DNA of 64,000 nt from an uncultured Clostridia bacterium (lineage in GTDB: Bacteria; Bacillota; Clostridia; Christensenellales; Pumilibacteraceae). Under the pieces are notes generated by a model, which did no database searches, was not told the DNA's origin, and was given only the letters and a program-made list of their open reading frames with translations. Positions 55,963 to 64,000 of this stretch are shown piece after piece. The stretch's first letter is position 1. Each line of letters begins with the position of its first letter. The translations under genes were made by a program, and so were the position numbers. The stretch is from NCBI GenBank assembly GCA_947089425.1, contig CAMUKG010000009.1, positions 775 through 64,774 of the forward strand, in the 5' to 3' direction.

Positions 55963-57156
55963 TTAAACGTTTGTGTGCGCGAAAAGCTCCATAAGTTTGT
56001 CGCACGCCGCGTCGATCTCTTCTTCGGTTACGGTGTAGGCGGGGGCGAACCGTAAGGTATTGTTTCCCGCCGTGAGAATAATAACGCCTTTTGCCGCCAT
56101 TTTGCCGACGATTTCGGTGTTTTTAACTTTGTCGGTAAGGTTTACGCCTATTAAAAGTCCTTTGCCGCGAACGTCGCGCACGAAGTTGAATTTTTTGAGC
56201 TTGCTGAGCTTGCCCACAAGATACTCGCCTTTTTTGGCGGCTTCTTCGAGCAGTCCGTTTTTCAGTTTATCAACAACAACGTTTGCCGCCGCGCACGCAA
56301 GGGGGTTGCCGCCGAACGTGGTGCCGTGTTCGCCGGGTGCGAACGCGACCGCCGCTTCTCCGCGCGCCAAAACGGCGCCTATCGGCACGCCGCCTCCCAA
56401 ACCTTTGGCAAGCGTTATAATGTCGGGCTGTATGCCGTAATGCTCGAAAGCGAACATTTTGCCGGTACGACCCATTCCCGTTTGCACTTCGTCAATCATA
56501 AACAAAATGCCTCTGCTTTTCGCGAGAGCGTAGGCGTTCACAATATAGTCGTAGTCGGCGGGAAGCACTCCGCTTTCGCCTTGAATAACTTCCAAAATAA
56601 TGGCGGCGGTTGTGTCGTCCGCCTCGTTTTTGAGCGCCGCGAAATCGTTATACGGCACGTGAGTGAAGCCTGCGGGAAGAGGAGCGAACGGGCGCGAATA
56701 TTTTTCTTGCCCCGTAGCCGTGACGGTTGCGATTGTTCTTCCGTGAAAAGAGCCGTTTGCCGTTATGATTTTCGGGCGGTTTTCGCCTTTTTTGTAAAAA
56801 TGTTTGCGAATGAGTTTGATGGCACCCTCGTTCGCTTCGGCGCCGCTGTTGCACAAAAACACTCTGTCGAAAATAGTTCCGTCCAAAAGTTTGTCGCATA
56901 GCTCGGTTTGAGGAATATTGTAGTAAAGGTTCGATACGTGAATAAGTTTGTGCGCTTGCTCGCAAACGGCTTGCGTGAGTTCGGGATCGTCGTGTCCCAA
57001 ACAGTTCACGGCTATGCCGCCGCCCATATCTATGTATTCGTTACCCGCAGTGTCGTATAGCTTACTGCCTTTGCCGTGTGTGAAACAAATGTTCTGTCGC
57101 GCAAACACCGTCATATAGTTTTTGGCGTCGAGCTCTTTTATTTCTTTAAAGTCCAT
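55963..57156 (-). CDS. argD: Acetylornithine aminotransferase
   Basis: NSGAEANE, FHGRT, DEVQTGMGRTG, TLAKGLGGG, HGTTFGGNP. Confidence 0.93.
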   Translation of the reverse strand: MDFKEIKELDAKNYMTVFARQNICFTHGKGSKLYDTAGNEYIDMGGGIAVNCLGHDDPELTQAVCEQAHKLIHVSNLYYNIPQTELCDKLLDGTIFDRVFLCNSGAEANEGAIKLIRKHFYKKGENRPKIITANGSFHGRTIATVTATGQEKYSRPFAPLPAGFTHVPYNDFAALKNEADDTTAAIILEVIQGESGVLPADYDYIVNAYALAKSRGILFMIDEVQTGMGRTGKMFAFEHYGIQPDIITLAKGLGGGVPIGAVLARGEAAVAFAPGEHGTTFGGNPLACAAANVVVDKLKNGLLEEAAKKGEYLVGKLSKLKKFNFVRDVRGKGLLIGVNLTDKVKNTEIVGKMAAKGVIILTAGNNTLRFAPAYTVTEEEIDAACDKLMELFAHTNV

Positions 57157-57226
57157 TGTGGCGAACGTAATCTCCTTTTTTGCAAAATGTGAAAGTACAA
57201 TTTAAAGCGATTGCGCTTTCAAAGAA

Positions 57227-58105
57227 TTAGTCGGGAATAACCATAGTCCCCACGCCCGAATCGGTGAACAGTTCGAGCAAAATGGAGTGGGGAACGGTGC
57301 CGTTTAATATGAGCACGTTTTTCACTCCGCATTCGATTGCTTCTATGCACGAAAGCGCTTTCGGAACCATGCCGCCGCGAATGCGCCCGTCTTTCGTCAT
57401 GGCGCGAAGGGCGGAAACTGTGATTTCGGGAATGAGCGAACTTGGGTCGGTTTCGTTTTCGCGCACGCCGTCAACGTCGGTGAGGTACAAGAGCTTTTCG
57501 GCGTGCATCGAGCCGCCGATTGCGCCCGCCGCAGTGTCGGCATTTACATTATATGCGCTTCCGTTGCTTCCTACGCCGATTGTTGCAATTACGGGGATAT
57601 AACCTTTGGCAATAAGCGTGTCGAGCACCGAAGTGTTTATACTCGTGATTTTGCCCACGTAGCCGTAATCGGTGCCGCTTTCGTCGCAATATTTTTCCAC
57701 CGCTATAAGCCCGTTGTCTTGCCCGCTTACTCCGAGCGCCTTAACTCCCATTGTGCCGAGCGCCGCCGCAATGTTTTTGTTGAGCTTGCCGAGCGCCATT
57801 TGCACGACTTCCATAGTTGCGGCGCAAGTTACGCGCAATCCGTTTTCAAACCGCGATTCTATGCCGAGCCGCTTTAAAAGCGAATTTATTTCGGGACCGC
57901 CGCCGTGCACCAAAACGGGATTCACGCCCACTATTTTGAGAGTGGCAACGTCTTGCATAATTGTTTTAATAACCGACGGATTGTTCATTGCGTTTCCGCC
58001 GTATTTGATTAAAATCGTCTTTCCGCGATAGCGCGAAATATACGGGAGCGCTTCGGTTATTATTTTCGCGCGCTCTATTAGTTCGTTTCGTTTTAAGTCG
58101 TCCAA
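57227..58105 (-). CDS. argB: Acetylglutamate kinase
   Basis: EALPYI, IKYGGNAM, VHGGGP, YNVNAD, GGMVPK. Confidence 0.94.
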   Translation of the reverse strand: MDDLKRNELIERAKIITEALPYISRYRGKTILIKYGGNAMNNPSVIKTIMQDVATLKIVGVNPVLVHGGGPEINSLLKRLGIESRFENGLRVTCAATMEVVQMALGKLNKNIAAALGTMGVKALGVSGQDNGLIAVEKYCDESGTDYGYVGKITSINTSVLDTLIAKGYIPVIATIGVGSNGSAYNVNADTAAGAIGGSMHAEKLLYLTDVDGVRENETDPSSLIPEITVSALRAMTKDGRIRGGMVPKALSCIEAIECGVKNVLILNGTVPHSILLELFTDSGVGTMVIPD

Positions 58106-58130
58106 CGTCGTTGTTCCTTATTTGTTTTAT

Positions 58131-59168
58131 TTATAGGCAAGAGCCCACTACGGGAAGCCCCGAGTCTTCTTCGAGTGCGAACATAATGTTAAGATTTTGA
58201 ACCGCTTGACCCGAAGCGCCCTTTAAAAGATTGTCTATTGCCGACACAACGATAATTCGTCCGTTCTTGCGGTCGATTTTGTAGCCGAACGCGCACACGT
58301 TGCTGTGCGTAACCCATTTGAGTTCGGGCAACACGCCTTCGCCGAGCGGCACCGCGAATTTTTCGCCGTCGTACATTTTATACGCTTCGTCAATATCGTG
58401 CGCTTCCGCTCCTTGCGATAAATAAGCGTAGGCGGTCGCGAGTATGCCGCGCTTTGCTGGCAAAAGGTGAGGGGTGAAACTTATCGATATTTTTTTGCCG
58501 CCTATGCTTAGCTTTTCCTCTATTTCGGTGGTGTGGCGGTGAGTTGTTACGCCGTAAGCTTTAAAGTTTTCGTCCGTTTCGCAAAAATTATACGCAACGT
58601 CCGCTTTTCGTCCCGCGCCAGTAACGCCGCTTGCCGCGTCTATGATTATGCCGTCCGATTTAATAACGCCATGTTTTATAAGCGGATAAAGGGGTAAAAT
58701 GGAGCAAGTGGTATAACAACCGGGATTGCCCACAACGCTCGCTTTCGCAATGTCGGCGCGATTGATTTCGCAAAGTCCGTACACCGCGCTTTTATTCAGT
58801 TTGGGGCAAGGGTGCGTTACGCCGTAAGTGTTTTCGTAAAGTTTAACGTCGGTATAGCGAAAGTCGGCGGATAAGTCTATAACTCTCACGCCTTTTTTGT
58901 TCAGCTTTTCTCCCACCGCCGCGCTTGCCGCATGGGGCAAAGCGGTGAAAACTACGTCGGAGCCGTTTGCAATAGTGTCGGGGTCGGGCTCGTCGAACAG
59001 TCTGTCGCCGTAGGCAAATCCGAGCGCGGGATAAAGTTCGCGTAATTTTGTGCCCGCGTTGGAGCGGGAAGCCGCATAAGAGAGTTCGAGCTCGGGATGA
59101 GAGTGTATGAGTTTTAACAGCTCGAACCCTGTGTAGCCGTTGGCGCCTATTATCGCCGCTTTAATCAT
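58131..59168 (-). CDS. argC: N-acetyl-gamma-glutamyl-phosphate reductase
   Basis: GANGYTG, DLSADFR, GNPGCY, SGVTGAG, HRHTTEI, DNLLKGASGQA. Confidence 0.95.
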   Translation of the reverse strand: MIKAAIIGANGYTGFELLKLIHSHPELELSYAASRSNAGTKLRELYPALGFAYGDRLFDEPDPDTIANGSDVVFTALPHAASAAVGEKLNKKGVRVIDLSADFRYTDVKLYENTYGVTHPCPKLNKSAVYGLCEINRADIAKASVVGNPGCYTTCSILPLYPLIKHGVIKSDGIIIDAASGVTGAGRKADVAYNFCETDENFKAYGVTTHRHTTEIEEKLSIGGKKISISFTPHLLPAKRGILATAYAYLSQGAEAHDIDEAYKMYDGEKFAVPLGEGVLPELKWVTHSNVCAFGYKIDRKNGRIIVVSAIDNLLKGASGQAVQNLNIMFALEEDSGLPVVGSCL

Positions 59169-59200
59169 GAGTATTTCCTCCGAATAGTGTTATACAAATA

Positions 59201-59230
59201 ATTATACAATGAAATGAATATTTATGCAAG
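59201..59230 (-). promoter_or_regulatory. argC promoter with overlapping ARG box
   Basis: Minus strand TTGCAT-N17-TATAAT; AATGAATATTTATGCAAG (59213-59230) fits the ArgR/AhrC box and covers the -35. Confidence 0.75.
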
Positions 59231-59329
59231 CATTTTGTGTCGTCTTTCGCACAAATTTACAATGCGCAAGAAATATGACGTTGAAAAGATAATTGTTTAA
59301 TAATTTGCGCACATTTTTTTGTTTTGCTA

Positions 59330-59358
59330 TTGACAAATTTTGCGGCTAATGTTATCAT
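59330..59358 (+). promoter_or_regulatory. sigma-A promoter
   Basis: TTGACA-N17-TATCAT with TGn extension. Confidence 0.7.
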
Positions 59359-59444
59359 AAAAATATAAATTATTCCTAAGCATTATGATAAAAAACTGCC
59401 TTGCCTTTTATATAGCGTGAGATATACAAAACGAGGTGAGAGTC

Positions 59445-61655
59445 GTGAAGAAAAGATATTTCGTTATAACAATTTTATCGTTGCTTCTTGTTTGCGGCGT
59501 TGCGGCAATTTTAGGTTGTTCTCATTCTCGCGATGTGTTTTATACGGTGGAATATAAGGCGTCCGACGGCGGCGCGGTTAGCGGTGAAACGATACAACAA
59601 GTGAAAAGCGGTGAAAGCACCACAGAAGTCGGCGCCGTCGCAAACGAAGGCTACGAATTTGTGGGGTGGTCGGACGGGAAAAACGATTCTTGGCGATGGG
59701 AAGACGGGATAACGGATAATCTGTCGTTTACCGCCGAGTTCAAACTCCGCGAAGTTTTTGTAAACTACGACGCGGGGGAAGGCGGTTATATAAGCGGCAA
59801 GACGCATCAACCGATGCGGTACGGCGAAGACGGCGAAGCCGTGCAAGCAATGCCGCTCGGCGGATACAAATTTATAAAATGGTCGGACGGTAACTCGGAC
59901 AGTATACGCACAGATTGTGACATTAAAAATAATATTACGTTTACGGCGGAATTCGAATTTTTGTATGACGGCGGCGAGGGTACGAAAGAAAATCCTTTTG
60001 TTATAAACACATATCAACAATTAAAAGATATGAGCGTATATCCCGAGAATTGTTATATTCTGAATAACGATTTGGATTTGTCGGGAGTCGAACACGAACC
60101 TATTTTTGCTTATCGAAATGAATTTTGCGGGACGTTTGACGGAAACGGGCATATAATTAAAAATCTTTCCGTTAAGTCAAACGCGCCGTTTTCGTCATTG
60201 TTCGGAGTTATAGGCGACGGCGGAGCCGTGCGCAACCTAACTTTTACAAACTTCGAACTTAACGCTTCCGATAACGGCACGACCGATTATGCGGCGGGAG
60301 CCGTTGCGGGTGTGGCATACGGCGATTTGGAGAATATAACCGTGAACGGAAAACTCGCGGTAGCGGGAATGGAGCGTCCGAAAATATTCGTAGGCGCGAT
60401 TGCGGGCTATGCAAGCGGAAAGATTATAAATTGTAATGCAAATATGTCAATCGAGTTTGAAGAAAGTCAAGGCGCTGTTGCTCAATCCGCCGCGCAAAAC
60501 GACGAGCTCGAATTGCTTTCGGACGCAAGCGTAAACATAGGCGGAATTGCGGGCGGTAGCGCGAACTCGATAATAAAGAGCTGTAATGTAACGGGAAAGA
60601 TTGAGGTTAAGCAAGCGAGTCGGGCGATTTACGTCGGCGGAATGATAGGAAGCTATATAAGCGACAGTGAAGGCCATAGCGCATTTATAGAAAATTGCGA
60701 CACCGACGTGGATATTACGGGGGTAAACGGCAATGTGTCGGCGGGCGGGCTGATATGCTTACTCAAAACGGAAAACACTTCGAGAGTAATAGTGCTCGAA
60801 TGCGTTACGAAAGGCAAAACGGAAGCATATAATGCTGCGGGCTTTATATATAAAATCCCTAACGGCGCTGTCGATATATACAATTGCCATGTTGACGGCA
60901 ACGTGGTTGCCGTAAGTTATGCGTCGGGATTTTTATATGACGCAACAAACGTAAAACTCACCGATTGTTATGTTGCGGGAAATGTAGAGACGACTGCAAG
61001 TGAAAACGGCGCGAGCGGCGGTTGCGCGTCGGGATTTTTTTACCGGCTCGAAAAGAATTCGGAGCTTAAACTTTGTTATGTGTCGGGGCAAGTTAAGGGA
61101 ACGAGCGCTGTCGGTTTTGCGTTCGTAGGGTTTGATTGTAAATTGGATAGGTGCTATTCTTCGGGAGACGTAACGGCCGATTTGCACGGCGCGGGATTTG
61201 CGTTTAGCCAAATTAGAGGAAAAATACAAAATTGTTATTCTGTGAGCAACGTACATAGTTCCAATACCGACGCAAATGCGGGCAGAACCTTAATAGCGGG
61301 TTTTGTAGTGGCTATTAAAGATTCCGATTTGTTAAACTGTTATTATGGCGGAAACGTTACGGGAACTGTTTATGCGTCGATTCCTGCAACGTCTGAACCT
61401 ATGATAGGCGCTTTTATAGCTGTAACCGATAACACCAATATAATAAATTGTCATGTTTTACATGCGGAAAAAAGTTTTGCACTCGAAGTTATAGGACAGA
61501 AAAGGAATAGCGAAACGGTAACGATTGACTTAAAAGCGTACGATAAAGCTTCGGATATGCTCATGTTGGCGGAAACGCTCAACGGCAATTCGGGCAATTT
61601 AATTTGGGTAAACCGTGCAAACAATTTTCCTCGATTATATTTTGTTAAAAGTTAG
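59445..61655 (+). CDS. Surface lipoprotein with two InlB B-repeat-like domains and a GLUG-repeat region
   Basis: Lipobox ILGC; GYEFVGWSDG / GYKFIKWSDG; GEGTKENPF-I, F-GTFDGNGH-I-NL and many GG(L/I)xG-type repeats; GTG 59445 behind GAGGTG. Confidence 0.75.
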   Translation: MKKRYFVITILSLLLVCGVAAILGCSHSRDVFYTVEYKASDGGAVSGETIQQVKSGESTTEVGAVANEGYEFVGWSDGKNDSWRWEDGITDNLSFTAEFKLREVFVNYDAGEGGYISGKTHQPMRYGEDGEAVQAMPLGGYKFIKWSDGNSDSIRTDCDIKNNITFTAEFEFLYDGGEGTKENPFVINTYQQLKDMSVYPENCYILNNDLDLSGVEHEPIFAYRNEFCGTFDGNGHIIKNLSVKSNAPFSSLFGVIGDGGAVRNLTFTNFELNASDNGTTDYAAGAVAGVAYGDLENITVNGKLAVAGMERPKIFVGAIAGYASGKIINCNANMSIEFEESQGAVAQSAAQNDELELLSDASVNIGGIAGGSANSIIKSCNVTGKIEVKQASRAIYVGGMIGSYISDSEGHSAFIENCDTDVDITGVNGNVSAGGLICLLKTENTSRVIVLECVTKGKTEAYNAAGFIYKIPNGAVDIYNCHVDGNVVAVSYASGFLYDATNVKLTDCYVAGNVETTASENGASGGCASGFFYRLEKNSELKLCYVSGQVKGTSAVGFAFVGFDCKLDRCYSSGDVTADLHGAGFAFSQIRGKIQNCYSVSNVHSSNTDANAGRTLIAGFVVAIKDSDLLNCYYGGNVTGTVYASIPATSEPMIGAFIAVTDNTNIINCHVLHAEKSFALEVIGQKRNSETVTIDLKAYDKASDMLMLAETLNGNSGNLIWVNRANNFPRLYFVKS

Positions 61656-61700
61656 AAAAGCGGTTTTAATAAATTATGTTGGTTTTATGGCGTTTAAGAT

Positions 61701-61729
61701 TTGACGAATAGCATGGCAAATGCTATAAT
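61701..61729 (+). promoter_or_regulatory. sigma-A promoter with overlapping palindrome
   Basis: TTGACG-N17-TATAAT (TGn); ATAGCAT-N5-ATGCTAT at 61708-61726. Confidence 0.7.
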
Positions 61730-61802
61730 GTATAGCGAGCCTCGCAATAAAAGTTAGGGGTTCGCTATATTTAAGAAATCGAAAAAGGAGGTTTACCCCG
61801 TA

Positions 61803-63383
61803 GTGGCGCAAAAAGGCGTTTGCGAGTTGTGCGGTTTTGCCGACGACAGCTATCGAATAGAAGAAAACGGCGCGGTTATGCGCGTGTGCAAATTTTGCCA
61901 CGACGGGCACCTCGAACGCATGGGGCTTTCGCCCGACGCGGACAAACCGCTCGGCGATGCGGCGCTTGCGCTCGACATAGACCTCGAAGCCGACGGCTTA
62001 GACACCGAAGGGCTTTCGGGCGAAGAACTTTTGCGAATAGAAATGGAGCTCGCTGCGCGCAAGCAGGAGAATTCCCGCGTTCCCACTCTCGACCCCGAAG
62101 AGCTCGACACGTTGCTTAACGTATCCGAAGACGACAAGCGAGTGCTCGGAAACGTGCGGCAACGCGAATTGCGGCGCAAGAAAAAAGCTGTGGAATCGGG
62201 CGAAGACGAATCGGGCGAAGATTATAAGGCGTCGGAAGAGCTGATTAGAAGCGGCGAAGAACTGCAAAGGGTTATGGAAGAGCTTGAAAACGTGGCCGAC
62301 GAACCCGAAAAGCCGTTTGAAGACGAAGCCGAAGCGGCGCCGTTAATAGCCAAAATAGTGGCTCCCAAATCGAGCGGCGGGGCAAAAAACGAAGATACTC
62401 CCGCAGAAATTGCGGCGACCGAAGCGGACGCGACGATAACGGAAGAAACGGGAAATGTAAATGTTCAAGGCTCCGAAGAACATGAAGAAAAACATGAAAA
62501 AGAGAGTTTCGAGCCCGAACCCATAGAAAAAAACACAGAACAGTCTCACGAAAACAAAATTGCGGCGCAAATAAGCGCGTCGCGCGAGGAGAACGAAATG
62601 AGCAACAAGCAAAACGCCAAAAAGCCTGCCGGCAGGGAAACGCGCGAGAACAAAGACGAACTTGTGCGCGAAAAAATTCATGCGGCGGCTAATCAAACGA
62701 TAGACGACGAGCGCATAAAAATCACGAGTCCCGAAGTGGCGCTCAGCAAAGACACCCGACCCAAAACCAACCTTGACGTTGCAATTTCGGAATACTCGGG
62801 CGGCGTAAGGTTTTTGGACTCGTTTAAATACGTTATGCACAAAGTGAGCTATGCCGTATTTTTGGGACTTATAGTTTTGGCTGTGTCTACCGTGCTGTTT
62901 ATCCGCGACGGTTGGCAACACGGACTTATAGTGCTCGGCGGCGGCGTGGGCGCGGTTGCGCTCGGCTTTTTGCTCCTGTGGTATTTGTCGCACTGTTATG
63001 AACTCGACCGCAGAGCTTTGTTGTTGCGCATACGCCAACAGGAAATTCTCTTCGAAAGTATGGACGGCGATTGCTATCGCGAACTTCGCACAAAGTTTAC
63101 TATAATAAAAGCGCTCGGTTGGCTGTTGAACAAACTCACCGTTTTGTTGCCTCTGCTAATTCTCGTGGGCGGAAACGTTGCCGCAGTAATAGCCGCTTTC
63201 CTCAAAACTTTTTGGTTGTTCCCCGTGCTGTCGGCGGCTACCACCGTTGCGGCGGTGCTCGCTTACTACATAATAAAGTTCTCCGCCGACTGGATAGCTT
63301 ACGCGCTCGATCGCGAACGCAACCAACAAATTCAACAGCAAACGTTGCTCGACATTTTGAGCGAACTCAAAAAGGGCGAATAA
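61803..63383 (+). CDS. Hypothetical membrane protein: N-terminal zinc ribbon, long acidic region, four C-terminal TM segments
   Basis: CELCG..CKFC; E/D-rich middle; two hydrophobic hairpins; SD AAAGGAGG. Confidence 0.65.
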   Translation: MAQKGVCELCGFADDSYRIEENGAVMRVCKFCHDGHLERMGLSPDADKPLGDAALALDIDLEADGLDTEGLSGEELLRIEMELAARKQENSRVPTLDPEELDTLLNVSEDDKRVLGNVRQRELRRKKKAVESGEDESGEDYKASEELIRSGEELQRVMEELENVADEPEKPFEDEAEAAPLIAKIVAPKSSGGAKNEDTPAEIAATEADATITEETGNVNVQGSEEHEEKHEKESFEPEPIEKNTEQSHENKIAAQISASREENEMSNKQNAKKPAGRETRENKDELVREKIHAAANQTIDDERIKITSPEVALSKDTRPKTNLDVAISEYSGGVRFLDSFKYVMHKVSYAVFLGLIVLAVSTVLFIRDGWQHGLIVLGGGVGAVALGFLLLWYLSHCYELDRRALLLRIRQQEILFESMDGDCYRELRTKFTIIKALGWLLNKLTVLLPLLILVGGNVAAVIAAFLKTFWLFPVLSAATTVAAVLAYYIIKFSADWIAYALDRERNQQIQQQTLLDILSELKKGE

Positions 63384-63617
63384 TAAAAAGAAAAAACGGC
63401 GTAACGTATAAAAAGCGTTGCGCTTTTTATATGGCGCGCCCAAATCCCGTTTGTGCAATTTTTATAATTGCGTCGGCGTTTTTTGTTCATAATGTAGTTG
63501 ATATTTACTTTCGCAATATAGTATAATATAATTGTTCGAAAGAGCCGCTTGCAAGCTCGCGCGGTTGTGCGGGCGGCGCAAGAAAAAAATCGAAAAATCC
63601 GTTATGGAGGGAAGAAA

Positions 63618-64000
63618 ATGGCAAGTCTGTCGTTAAGACACATCTACAAGATTTATCAAGGCGGAGTGAAAGCGGTTAGCGACTTTAACCTTGAAATCGA
63701 CGACAAAGAGTTTATTGTATTCGTAGGACCTTCGGGTTGCGGCAAATCCACCACGCTCAGAATGGTGGCGGGTCTCGAAGAAATTTCGGCGGGCGAGTTG
63801 TATATAGACAACAAGCTTGTGAACGACGTGGAGCCCAAAGACCGTGACATTGCAATGGTGTTCCAAAACTACGCTTTGTATCCGCACATGACGGTGTATG
63901 ATAACATGGCGTTCGGCTTAAAGCTTAGAAAAATGCCTTCGAAAGAAATCGAAAAGCGCGTTAACGAAGCGGCGGCTATTCTCGGCATATCGCAACTTCT
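63618..64000 (+). CDS. msmX: Sugar ABC transporter ATP-binding subunit (MsmX/UgpC type), truncated by the window edge
   Basis: [50 protein letters not shown]; SD GGAGG; absent from the ORF track because it has no stop in the window. Confidence 0.9.
   Translation, partial: MASLSLRHIYKIYQGGVKAVSDFNLEIDDKEFIVFVGPSGCGKSTTLRMVAGLEEISAGELYIDNKLVNDVEPKDRDIAMVFQNYALYPHMTVYDNMAFGLKLRKMPSKEIEKRVNEAAAILGISQL

Noticed and set aside
1-64000. CRISPR arrays, tRNA/rRNA genes, intact transposases, reverse transcriptase/DGR, prophage genes
   Set aside because: None recognised on manual reading of either strand; a short or degenerate element could have been missed without tools.

Overview
Chromosomal window from a spore-forming, monoderm Clostridia-like bacterium (spoVT, a cwlD-like amidase, large-type SRP RNA, many lipoproteins), probably a gut anaerobe; the taxonomy is inferred from gene content only. 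About 1-35 kb and 54-64 kb are mostly housekeeping: leuA, guaA, secG-rnr, ychF-argS, ung, ilvBN, ilvD-leuCDB-acpP, ffs, a Ser/Thr kinase, type-2 ileS, galT, cell-wall hydrolases, argCBDF plus a GNAT, and a truncated MsmX-type ABC ATPase. The standout is an ~18 kb LacI-controlled fructan-utilisation operon (35.8-54.2 kb). It encodes a fructokinase, a membrane-anchored multidomain exo-type GH32, an ABC transporter without ATPase, a lipoprotein GH32 with the WMNE motif and the architecture of endo-inulinase/cyclofructan-forming CFTase enzymes, two non-catalytic lipoproteins carrying 4 and 3 tandem CBM38-like modules, and a cytoplasmic GH32. The operon is flanked by a frameshifted serine-recombinase remnant on the left and a BspA-type LRR remnant on the right. 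The right remnant shares an ~90 bp 3' end plus terminator with a second LRR remnant directly behind guaA. Other points: SRP RNA with a UGAC helix-8 loop sitting immediately upstream of ilvB, no T-boxes but palindromes in the leuA and ilvD promoters, an arg operon lacking argJ but ending in a GNAT, and an apparently leaderless non-RD kinase. No CRISPR array, tRNA, rRNA or intact transposase was seen. Family assignments come from motif recognition and recall; no database search was run.
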